64,000 bases of DNA from Bdellovibrio sp. (GTDB lineage: Bacteria > Bdellovibrionota > Bdellovibrionia > Bdellovibrionales > Bdellovibrionaceae). Where the stretch lies: positions 1,056,001 through 1,120,000 of the forward strand of contig JAKFCY010000002.1 of NCBI GenBank assembly GCA_036676395.1, written 5' to 3'. Shown in pieces: positions 41,101 to 50,400 of this stretch (position 1 is its first letter; every line of letters begins with the position of its first letter). The notes under the pieces are model-generated. The model was given only the letters and a program-made list of their open reading frames with translations, ran no database searches and was not told the DNA's origin. A program made the position numbers and the translations under genes.

Positions 41101-42515
41101 TTCCTGATGGGGGAATTTTATTTGCCAATCGGGGCTCAGATAATATTCGGCAGCCGGCGCTGGCCATTCGCGGTACGGGTAACGTGGGTATTGGTACTGT
41201 GACTCCCACTGCAGGATTACACATTTCAACAACCGGAACCTCAACGCGTGCTCTTCGCATTGTAGCGACGACTTCAGCTACAGGGGGATATGCCGAAGCT
41301 CAATTTGCATCTGATGCGCGCGAATATCGTATCGGTGTGGGTAATTCGAGTGAAGTTTCGCACGACGTTGCCGGCAAATATTATCTTTACGATGGAGCCT
41401 CAAACACGATGCGTATGGTTGTGAATAGTATGGGTAATATCGGTGTTGGCACGCCAAATCCTGGAGTTCCATTACAAATTAATACGAGCGCTCCTTCTGC
41501 TAATCCACATCCTTACAGAGTGGGTTTTTTAGTTAACGGAGAAGGAACAAATCTGACGGGGCGTATTGGGTTGCGAGTTGCATCAGATATTGAGACCCCA
41601 TATATATTAGCGCACAGAAGCCGTGGTACTCTCGATGCGCCAACGGCCGTACAAACTGGCGATGTGTTGTTGTCAATTTTGCCTATCCCCTATGATGGTA
41701 CGTCATATGGAACTTATGCATCTGAAATTAGATTTGCAGCTTCAGAAAATTGGTCGCCAACGAATAAAGGATCGGACATTGTTTTTAAAACTGTTCCTAA
41801 TGGCCAAGTCAGCCAGATAACAGCTGTTAAAATTTCAAATGATGGTTTTGTAGGTATTGGCACAGCTAGTCCGCAAAGAAAACTTCATGTGTCTGGAGAT
41901 GCAACCATTAATGCTATTCTTGGTGGTGAAAATAACGGTTCAGGAAACTTTCACCTTGATGCCTGGAGCTCAGGAGCCGACCGTTCAGTGTATTTGAATT
42001 GGTCAAGCGGAACAGGTGGAGCCAAAGTCGGTAACGGAAGTTCTACATGGGGCCCGATTGCGGCTTCGGCGTTTAATGTGTCATCAGATAGACGTTTGAA
42101 AGCAAATATTAAACCCATTGAAAATTCGTTAGAGAAAATTTTAAAAATTGATGCTGTTACTTTCACCTGGAAAGAATCCTCTCGTCATAAAATGGAAGGC
42201 GAACGTATTGGTTTAATTGCTCAAAATGTTGAAAAAGTATTTCCGCAAGCGGTTAAATTAGATCACAGTGAAAATGCTTTACCAGGTGGTACGAGACTGG
42301 TGAATTATCCAGACTTAGTTTCGCCAATCATCGCTGCAATTAAAGAATTTTATTCTTTATGGATTAATGATTCAAAAGATTTACATCGTGAAATTGCTTC
42401 GGTTAAACAAGAAAATGAAACGCTTAAATTAGAAAATATCGAAAAAGAAAAACAGCTCAATGATATTCGTGCCTACCTGTGTGCCAAGGATCCGAAAGCT
42501 CCGATCTGCCAATAA
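38151..42515 (+). CDS. Giant secreted tail-fibre-like adhesin 3 with S74 chaperone (start moved from 38079)
   Basis: Shared N-domain; about 9 GxVGIGT repeats; SSDRRLK...GLIAQNVE; ends CAKDPKAPICQ. GTG 38151 gives a 31-aa signal peptide like the paralogues. Confidence 0.88.
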   Translation: MKSRRWQDKFLNHFAFLFFVFTVLNTFSAFAGPTRTTYQAKIVKPDGYPLEASNVNFKFTILDPSGSCILFAETYNSVNMSSTGGLISFSLGAGVKTFPVSGTTFEQVFSNITPNMACDTGGAPAVYTPMANDARKIVMQFHDGLGWQTLPAMNINAVPYAMYANDSQKFNGMVPSEFVQVSTIPTCTASEALRYTGSAFQCVTAGGESVSSGSVITALGYTPADSATVSTVSTYASNVSSTVFSVSSTVSSFQSSVAASFSAIVNSQWITSGTALGYDAGRVGIGTLNPAYNLHVMQPVSGPTSVTIDAFSGTPGIYFRKANGTAATPQAVSNSTALLEIAAVGHGQTAYLSSSAAKMIMAAEEDWTDATGAASIRFHTRGSSTTAASLERMRIDKNGNVGIGTVTPMTKLDVSGGVRISMEVAACAVSFAGTLRYNSGVVEYCNGSAWTQFGISGAGITALNGLVSGSQTFALGNSGTLPNISSTGSVHTFNFPYAASAGVTSGLISNTDYATFNNKQSATSAAMIATLGYTPANAVSVTTLSSTVATMQASVATITSSQWVTSGTAVYYNAGNVGIGTSSPTSRLDLSANAVVDANTLTFSNLTQSTNVILRTKDYMNNLGWQIAAAGGSQELFHIRDGAGNPRLFINTANNTMGVGAASATARLHITSGTAAIPAFKFTSGTLVTTPQSGSMEFDGFNFYLTDTSGIRRTIATGASSSSIDNASIINSSGHITMVPQAGSVIVSSTTASINSATGALVVKGGVGVSGDANIAGTVTAANAILGLSTGMVGIGASTPTTKLDVRSEGALKVARIQYSGTGFATQPNLEMFRSRGTIDSPTAVLANDVLGSWSAIGHNGVSFGAGSTAGILIRATQNFSGTSAGSYMTFNTTASGTSTQVERMRIDNLGNVGLGTTAPDARLDVVGAIKITGFSSGTFMYVNDNASSGTPLNDGARFIYDGNAFGGNYDAVVFEKTDANNVVPDGGILFANRGSDNIRQPALAIRGTGNVGIGTVTPTAGLHISTTGTSTRALRIVATTSATGGYAEAQFASDAREYRIGVGNSSEVSHDVAGKYYLYDGASNTMRMVVNSMGNIGVGTPNPGVPLQINTSAPSANPHPYRVGFLVNGEGTNLTGRIGLRVASDIETPYILAHRSRGTLDAPTAVQTGDVLLSILPIPYDGTSYGTYASEIRFAASENWSPTNKGSDIVFKTVPNGQVSQITAVKISNDGFVGIGTASPQRKLHVSGDATINAILGGENNGSGNFHLDAWSSGADRSVYLNWSSGTGGAKVGNGSSTWGPIAASAFNVSSDRRLKANIKPIENSLEKILKIDAVTFTWKESSRHKMEGERIGLIAQNVEKVFPQAVKLDHSENALPGGTRLVNYPDLVSPIIAAIKEFYSLWINDSKDLHREIASVKQENETLKLENIEKEKQLNDIRAYLCAKDPKAPICQ

Positions 42516-42593
42516 CCTGAGAAACTAGACCAGTAAGCGATTCACCTTGAGGCAAAACCTGTTTCGAATTGAGTCAATTCCTGCATCTAAAAT

Positions 42594-42621
42594 TCATTAA
42601 CAAATTCAATTATTCCGATAA
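42594..42621 (+). promoter_or_regulatory. Sigma28-type promoter of fibre gene 4
   Basis: TCCGATAA (42614-21) lies 7 nt before in-frame GTG 42629. Confidence 0.68.
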
Positions 42622-42628
42622 GTTAAGA

Positions 42629-45600
42629 GTGAATTTACCGCCACGCAAGAATAAAACTCTTTCGATGTTTTTATTTTTCGTATTCATTTTTATGAATGCG
42701 ATGTCTGCTTTTGCGGGACCACGACACACGACCTATCAAGCAAAAATTATTAAACCCGATGGGCTTCCGCTAGAAGCAGCAAGTGTTAATTTTAAATTTT
42801 CTATTCTTGATCCAGCAGGTGCTTGTGTTGTTTATGCTGAAACTTTTTCTTCAGTGAACATGTCAGGGGCGGGCGGGTTGATTTCTTTCTCGCTAGGTTC
42901 TGGAGTTAAAACTTATCCTGTAAGTGCTACAACTTTTGAACAAGCGTTTTCAAACATTACTCCAAGTTTGTCTTGTGATGTTGGTGGGCCAGTAAGTTAT
43001 TCTCCGCTTGCCGATGATGTTAGAAAAATCGTGATGCAGTTTCATGATGGTTTAGGTTGGCAAACATTACCCGCAATGAATATCAATGCCGTACCTTACG
43101 CAATGTATGCAAACGATGCGCAAAAATTAGGTGGCGTCAGTGCCACAGCTTTTGTGCAAGATACAGATCTAGCGACATGTGCTGGCGGTCAGGCTTTATT
43201 TTATAACGGCACAAGTTTTTCTTGCGTTGCAGTTGGTGGTGGCGGAGTGACTTCTTCGACGATCTCTACAGCACTGGGTTACACCCCGGCAGATGATGCT
43301 GGCGTTGCAACGATTGCTTCAAATGTTTCTAGCGTATCGACCACTGTATTTTCTGTTTCATCAACAGTGGCCAGTTTATCAAGCTCTGTTTCAACATTAT
43401 CTAACACGGTGGCTGCTTCTTTTGCGGCGATTACTAATTCGCAATGGATAACCAGTGGCACAACGATTAGTTACACCAGCGGCAAGGTCGGTATCGGCAC
43501 GAGTGATCCAAAAGGTGCGTTAGATATAATTTCATCGGGCACTACGAATTTAGGCAACGTTGTAAATCTGCCATTACAACTTCGTGGAAGTGGTAGTGAT
43601 ACTACGGCGACAGGTTTAGCGATATATAATCCAAGTAATCCGACAGGTTCTTATTTTGGTATTACTTTTTTAGGTGCTTCTTTTACCGGAACGCGATTAG
43701 GCGTACCAAATCTGAGTAATGGTGTACTCTTGTACGGTAATTCTGCGGGATCACAGGCTGTATCTTTCGTAGCCATCGGAACTTCAACTGCGGCTCCTAT
43801 TTATCTATCAACGAATAACGTTGTCCGCCAAACGATCGCACCTTCTGGCTATGTCGGTATTGGAATAACTACTCCGGTTACAAAACTAGATGTCAGCGGT
43901 GGTGTGCGTATCGGTATGGAAGCAGGTTCTTGCGCAGCAGATTTAGCGGGAACACTAAGATACACTTCGGGCAATGTTGAATATTGTAACGGCACAACAT
44001 GGCAAGCTTTCGGCACAGCTGGCGCAATTACCAGTTCGTCAATTGCAGCAGCGCTCAGTTATACTCCGGCAAATACAACAACCGTAGAAACATCATTTAC
44101 AACATTAACAAATTTATTTAATACGACAGGCACTTCAGTTACAACGCTTACAAGCACAGTTAATAATTTATCTTCATCATATACTATTTTAGCTTCAGCA
44201 GTTTCTGGTATTACAAGTTCACCGTGGGTTACAAGCGGAACAGCGATTAGTTATTCAGCTGGAAATGTCGGTATCGGAACTAGTGCGCCAACAAAGTTAT
44301 TTCAAATCAATTGGTCACCTTCAGCTAGTTGGGAAATCCAGCATGAATTCGATGTTGCCAGTAATGGTCCGGCGCTTAATTCTGCATACAATCTTGGTCC
44401 TGCCGGTGAAGGTCGGTTTAATTTTTCTAAAGCACGTGGCACCATGGCTAATCCAACCGGTGTTTTAAATAATGATTTTTTAGGAACTATTTCTTTTCGC
44501 GGTGCTAATGCATCTGGAACACTTTTACATGCAGCCATTATTCGCGCGATCGCGGCACAAGATTTTGTAAATACATCTGCTGGATCACATTTAGTTTTTC
44601 AGACATCAAGTTCTGGATCAGCTACGCCGTCTGAAAAAGTCAGAATCGATTCGCAAGGTAACGTCGGTATCGGCATTACATCTCCAATCGCGGCATTAGA
44701 TATCAAAGCAGGAACGTCTTCTTCGGCAGCATTAAAATTAACTTCAGGTACTTTATTAACTTCGCCGCAATCAGGAGCTATCGAATACGATGGTTTTAAT
44801 TTTTACAAAACAAATGGCGCTGGTGTGCGTAGTGTGATTGGTTCTTCTGAAGTATCTTCAACAATGAGTTTGATGGACTCAGGCGCGACATTCGGTTCAG
44901 GTCATAAAACGGTCATGGGTGGATATGATCCCAATGGTTTAGTCTGGCATATTGGTGTGAGTGGTACTCAAGCTTTAGATATTAATTCTCGTTATCCAGG
45001 TGGGCCGATCACGATGACTATTGGTGGCTCTGAAATGATGCGCGTGATGGGAAGTACTGGTTTTGTCGGCATCGGCACTCAGACTCCAACTCAAAAATTA
45101 GACGTGCATGGTTACATGCGCTCGGCTGCAGGTTCTGGTGGAACACCAACTGATGGCGGACGCTTATATTTTGCCACGAATTCTTCAGGGCCAAATTATG
45201 ATTTATCTTATGTTGGTGGCTACACTGATCAGGCAGGTAATGATGGATCTGGTGCTGGTTCTCGCGGTGGACTTGTTTTTGCCACAAAATCTACAACCGG
45301 GGCCTCTGCTGCGACTGAAAAAATGCGTATCGATTTAAACGGTCAACTTGGATTGGGTATAGATGTTCCGCTTGTTCCCTTGCATGTACAAAAAGATGCG
45401 CCCAGTGGTTTAGTTGCTTATTTTCAAGGTGTCGGCTCGGGAGGAACCATTGTCGGAACAAATTCAAGCTATCCGACTTCGGGCGGTTTGGTGCAAGGTA
45501 TTGATGCTACTGGTGCGGTCGGTACGTTAGCCTTAAATCCAATAGGTGGATTGGTAGGTTTAGGCACGGCATCGCCTCAAGGTAAATTCAACGTCGATCT

Positions 45601-47362
45601 TATAACTGGCATTAATACCAGTGAAGTTATTCAGGCCTACACATTTTCTTCTTCTGCAATTTGGGGTTTACGTTTATCACAGCGAAATAACAACAATGTA
45701 ATTTCGTATGACTGGAAAACCAGAAATGCCTCATCGACTGATATTTTAGCTATGACCATGGCCGCTTCTGGCCTAATTGGAGTCGGAACAAATGCGCCTC
45801 AAAAAGGTTTGCATGTGGTCTCGGGTGCAATGGTTGGAACAACCGATGGTTTTCCGACAGAATATGCATCAGTACATAACGAATTTAATTCTGGCGTATT
45901 AAAAAAATGGACAGAAACTTCTGGCAACCATGTGAATGCCGGAACATATTCATTGGTATCTCCTGTATCTAATAGTGCCAAGGCCAGTCACAGCTTAGTA
46001 AATATTTTATTCATGGATGTAGCTTCGGGCGTGACAGTGACCGGTTCAAATCATAGTTTTTATAATTTTTCTTCACGTAATAGATACGCAGCTAATACCG
46101 ATAATGGCCATGTGAATTTAATGGTTGGTATTCGCAATGAATACGGCCACGAAAACAGTGTTCCGGCAAATTCTCCAACAACAAGCCAAATATACGGGGC
46201 TTTATTTGTTCCGAATGCGTTTACCGGTACGATTTCTAATTTGTATGATCTTTATATCAGTGCGCCGACTGGCACTGGTACGATAGGTCAGCATTATTCT
46301 ATTTACCAAGCCGCTACGAGCGCCACGAACTATTTTGCTGGGCGTACTGGTATAGGCACTTCAGCTCCGGATGGTTCATTGCATATTGTGACTTCGTCAT
46401 TACAGTCGAACTCTCCAGCGTCGGGAATTTTCTTCGGAAAAAGTTTAGCTGATGATTACCAAATGCAATTAACTCAAAATGGCGGCACACCTCATATTGA
46501 TTTTAGTCGTCTTTCTGGCCGCGACTATGATGCACGAATTTCAACTCCGGCAAACAGCACTTTATCTTTAGGAACAGCGTCGCAAAGTATGTTGTTAAAT
46601 TTATTTAATAGTTATGTAGGTATTGGCACGTTGACTCCGACCCGAGCCTTGCAAGTAGGAACAACTTCAGGCTGGCAAGATGGTTCAGGAATTTTAATTA
46701 AAGGTTCAAATCCTGGAGTTGAATTTGCCGATACACAAACTGTTCCCCAACGTTGGTTAGTCGCCAACGGTGTGACTGTACCCAACGATGGAAATCTTGG
46801 CTTAGCGTTCAATGTAAACACCAGTACGCATAATATCGTAGTCACATCAGGTGGCTTAGTCGGGATCGGCACGTTAACTCCCGATGATAAATTTATGGTG
46901 TATAACGGAGTATCAACTGGCCGCTATACAACGACCGGTTGGACACACGTTTCTGATGCAAGATACAAACATGACATCAGCTCGTTAAATAATTCGTTAG
47001 AAAAAATTCTGCAACTTCGCGGGGTAGAATATAAATTTAACAATGATCCAGAAAATAAAAATCAATTAGGCTTCATCGCCCAAGAAGTTGAACCGATTTT
47101 TCCTGAAGTTGTTTCGACTGATAAAAAAGGTTTCAAATCGATGGTGTACAGCAATCTAGTCGCACCATTGGTCGAGGCCGTGAAATCACTGTATGTCCAA
47201 TTAAAAGAAAATAGTCTCGAAACGAGACAAAATTCTCGCGACATAGCATCGCTTCAGCAAGAAAATGAAAAACTTAAAAACGAAAATCTGCAAAAAGCCA
47301 AAGAACTTGACGACGTCAAATCGCGCCTAGAGCGTATTGAGAAAATGTTAAATTCTAAGTAA
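42629..47362 (+). CDS. Giant secreted tail-fibre-like adhesin 4 with S74 chaperone (start moved from 42569)
   Basis: Shared N-domain; about 11 GxVGIGT repeats; VSDARYK...GFIAQEVE; 29-aa signal peptide from GTG 42629. Confidence 0.88.
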   Translation: MNLPPRKNKTLSMFLFFVFIFMNAMSAFAGPRHTTYQAKIIKPDGLPLEAASVNFKFSILDPAGACVVYAETFSSVNMSGAGGLISFSLGSGVKTYPVSATTFEQAFSNITPSLSCDVGGPVSYSPLADDVRKIVMQFHDGLGWQTLPAMNINAVPYAMYANDAQKLGGVSATAFVQDTDLATCAGGQALFYNGTSFSCVAVGGGGVTSSTISTALGYTPADDAGVATIASNVSSVSTTVFSVSSTVASLSSSVSTLSNTVAASFAAITNSQWITSGTTISYTSGKVGIGTSDPKGALDIISSGTTNLGNVVNLPLQLRGSGSDTTATGLAIYNPSNPTGSYFGITFLGASFTGTRLGVPNLSNGVLLYGNSAGSQAVSFVAIGTSTAAPIYLSTNNVVRQTIAPSGYVGIGITTPVTKLDVSGGVRIGMEAGSCAADLAGTLRYTSGNVEYCNGTTWQAFGTAGAITSSSIAAALSYTPANTTTVETSFTTLTNLFNTTGTSVTTLTSTVNNLSSSYTILASAVSGITSSPWVTSGTAISYSAGNVGIGTSAPTKLFQINWSPSASWEIQHEFDVASNGPALNSAYNLGPAGEGRFNFSKARGTMANPTGVLNNDFLGTISFRGANASGTLLHAAIIRAIAAQDFVNTSAGSHLVFQTSSSGSATPSEKVRIDSQGNVGIGITSPIAALDIKAGTSSSAALKLTSGTLLTSPQSGAIEYDGFNFYKTNGAGVRSVIGSSEVSSTMSLMDSGATFGSGHKTVMGGYDPNGLVWHIGVSGTQALDINSRYPGGPITMTIGGSEMMRVMGSTGFVGIGTQTPTQKLDVHGYMRSAAGSGGTPTDGGRLYFATNSSGPNYDLSYVGGYTDQAGNDGSGAGSRGGLVFATKSTTGASAATEKMRIDLNGQLGLGIDVPLVPLHVQKDAPSGLVAYFQGVGSGGTIVGTNSSYPTSGGLVQGIDATGAVGTLALNPIGGLVGLGTASPQGKFNVDLITGINTSEVIQAYTFSSSAIWGLRLSQRNNNNVISYDWKTRNASSTDILAMTMAASGLIGVGTNAPQKGLHVVSGAMVGTTDGFPTEYASVHNEFNSGVLKKWTETSGNHVNAGTYSLVSPVSNSAKASHSLVNILFMDVASGVTVTGSNHSFYNFSSRNRYAANTDNGHVNLMVGIRNEYGHENSVPANSPTTSQIYGALFVPNAFTGTISNLYDLYISAPTGTGTIGQHYSIYQAATSATNYFAGRTGIGTSAPDGSLHIVTSSLQSNSPASGIFFGKSLADDYQMQLTQNGGTPHIDFSRLSGRDYDARISTPANSTLSLGTASQSMLLNLFNSYVGIGTLTPTRALQVGTTSGWQDGSGILIKGSNPGVEFADTQTVPQRWLVANGVTVPNDGNLGLAFNVNTSTHNIVVTSGGLVGIGTLTPDDKFMVYNGVSTGRYTTTGWTHVSDARYKHDISSLNNSLEKILQLRGVEYKFNNDPENKNQLGFIAQEVEPIFPEVVSTDKKGFKSMVYSNLVAPLVEAVKSLYVQLKENSLETRQNSRDIASLQQENEKLKNENLQKAKELDDVKSRLERIEKMLNSK

Positions 47363-47391
47363 CAATCAAATTATATTTTGCTCTATGAGCT

Positions 47392-47418
47392 TAACCAAAG
47401 TGCTAGAAATTCCGATAG
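47392..47418 (+). promoter_or_regulatory. Sigma28-type promoter of fibre gene 5
   Basis: TAAC-N15-TCCGATAG, 7 nt before in-frame GTG 47426. Confidence 0.65.
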
Positions 47419-47425
47419 GTTAGCT

Positions 47426-50400
47426 GTGAATACGGCTCGTAAGCAGATGCGTTTTTTATTGTTAGTTGCGGTCGCGACAATGTTGTTGTCGGCAATTAAC
47501 ACTTTTGCAGGCCCAGGGCATACAACCTATCAAGCAAAAATTATTAAACCCGATGGATACCCCCTTGAAAATTCAAGTGTGAATTTTAAATTTACTATTT
47601 TAGATCCGGCCGGTGCGTGTATTTTATATTCTGAAACTTATTCTTCGGTGAATATGACTTCAACGGGCGGATTAATTTCTTTCTCGTTAGGATCAGGTGT
47701 AAAAACTTATCCTGTATCAAGCCCGACATTTGAAGATGTGTTTTCAAATATTACTCCTAACTTATCTTGTGATGCTGGCGGTCCTGTAAGTTATTCGCCG
47801 TTAGCAACTGATACCAGAAAAATCGTGATGCAGTTTCATGACGGTGCCGGCTGGCAGACGCTTCCTGCAATGAATATCAATGCAGTACCTTACGCGATGT
47901 ATGCCAATGAAGCGCTGAAATTAAATGGCAAAGCCGATACTGATTTTGTGCAAGTATCAGTTGTGCCAACATGTACGGCCAGTGAAGCCATTCGTTATAA
48001 CGGCACAAGTTTTTCTTGTGTGGACGTGGGCGGCAGTGGAGCAGTCTCTTCGGGTTCAGTGATTACCGCTTTAGGTTACACTCCTGCTGACGGGGCAAGC
48101 TTAACCACAATCACTTCTAACGTATCGACTGTTTCATCAACAGTGTTTTCAGTTTCATCGACGGTTTCTTCATTAACAAATTCTGTGGCAGCCAGTTTTG
48201 CGGCGATCACTTCATCGCAGTGGCTAACCTCAGGCACGACCATCAGTTATCAATCTGGAAATGTGGGTATCGGTACATCATCAAATGTAACAAAACTAGT
48301 TGTATCAGGTGGTGTGCGCATCAGTATGGAGCCCGCATCGTGTGATGCAACCCTTGCCGGAACTCTACGTTATAATTCAGGGCTTGTTGAATTTTGTAAT
48401 GGCACAGTCTGGTCTGCATTCGGGGTGGCCGGTGCAGGAATCACGTCAGTGAATGGCTCAACTTCAGGGTCGCAAACTTTTGCCGCCGGAATCACCGGAA
48501 CTGTTTTTAATATAACTTCAAATAATGGTGTTCACACTTTTAATATTCCGTTAGCAGCTTCTGGTTCTGTGACTGCGGGATTATTATCAAATGCAGATTA
48601 CGCAACTTTCGCAAATAAAGTCAGTGCAACAAGTGCTGCCGTCGTTTCAGCTTTAGGTTATACACCTGCAAGTGCAACAACAGTTTCAGCTTTAACTTCT
48701 AATTTGGCAGCGGTTTCTGCCTCAGTTGCGGCGATCACTTCGTCACAATGGGTGACGAGTAGCACCTCAATTAATTACGTTGCAGGCAATGTCGGTGTCG
48801 GCACTGCAAATCCAACAGGATCTTTACATCTTGCTCTGAATAACTCGGGAACTGCAATGTCATCGATATCAGATGCGTTTATTCTGCAAAATAAAAATGC
48901 TGCGGCAAATGCTTTAACTTCAATAATGTTTGCCAATCAAGATGGTTTTGGTACGGGGCAGATCACAGCTTTACAAAACACAGGTAATTTCGGTTCGCAG
49001 ATAATTTTCGGTACAAAATCTGGCGTCGGTGGAGCATGGAATACTTCGCAAATGGTTTTAGATACAAATGGTCATGTTGGTATTGGCACATCGACTCCGC
49101 GGGCACGTCTTGATGTTTCGGGCAGTGTAGTCATTGGTAATCTTGCCGCCAATAATGCCTCTCTTACAATTTATACACCAGATAGTGGATCTGCTTCGCA
49201 TGGGGTTGTGCTTATCGATAAAGATGCTGGCTACGGATCATGGCAAAATCCATCAGGTCTTGATGGGATTGATGCAGATAGTTCGGGAACAGTCACAGGG
49301 TGGGGTCCACTTTATTTCAACTATTATTCAAGCGGCAATATTGATTTTAATAATGGCGGCGGTCACTCTTCATTTAATGGCGGCGTGGCGATCGGAATGG
49401 GAGACGCGCCAACTGCTAAATTGCATATCGCAGGTGGAACTTCTTCGACAGCAGCTTTAAAATTTGTATCTGGAACTCTGTTAACTACACCGCAAACAGG
49501 TGCTGTAGAATATAATGGGTTTAATCTTTATCTAACTGATGGCGCCGGTATTCGTAGAGCAATTGCCACGAGCTCTAGTTCTGGAACAATGGATAATGTT
49601 AGCAATATCAATGCATCGACTAACATGACGTTAACGCCGGTAGGATCCGTTATTGTGTCTTCGACAACGATATCAACATCAGCAAATACCGGAGCCCTGG
49701 TTGTCAAAGGTGGTCTTGGAGTGGCCGGAACAATCAACACCGCAGGAAGTTTGAATGTATCGGGAACAGCCGCGATTGCTGGATCACTGAATTTATCATC
49801 TATGACCAGCGGCAGTGTACTTTTTGCCGGAGCCAATGGAACAGTTACTCAAAATAATTCTAGTTTATATTGGGACGGGGCAAACAGACGTTTGGGAATA
49901 GGTACGAATGCGCCGCAAATGAAACTTCATGTTGCTTCAGGTCCAGTATTAATTGGCGCAAACATCGGCGGCTATTCAACCGAGGGGCTGATTGTAAATA
50001 CCAGCTCGCAAAGAAGTGATATTAGTTTTATGCATTCATCAACTGGTGTTACTCAGACGTCAGACGGTTTTAATATAGCCCTGGTTTTTAATAATGTTGA
50101 TTTTGATCTTCGTGAAAATGGTTACATGCGTTTTTTAACAAACAGTGCCGAACAAGTTCGTATTACTTCAACAGGTAACGTCGGTATAGGCACGACTGCT
50201 CCAACCCAAAAATTAGATGTGATGGGATATATAAAAACATCGAACTACGGATCCTCAGCTGGTTCTGCGGCGGGGTTGTATTTATACAGATCTCAGGGGG
50301 GCTCGGCAGGAGCTGAAGTTGCACCTGGAAATGGAGCCGGAGTTGGATTTCTTTCTTTTGCTGGTTATCGAGGTGACGCGACTCTGGGTACAGGAGCACT

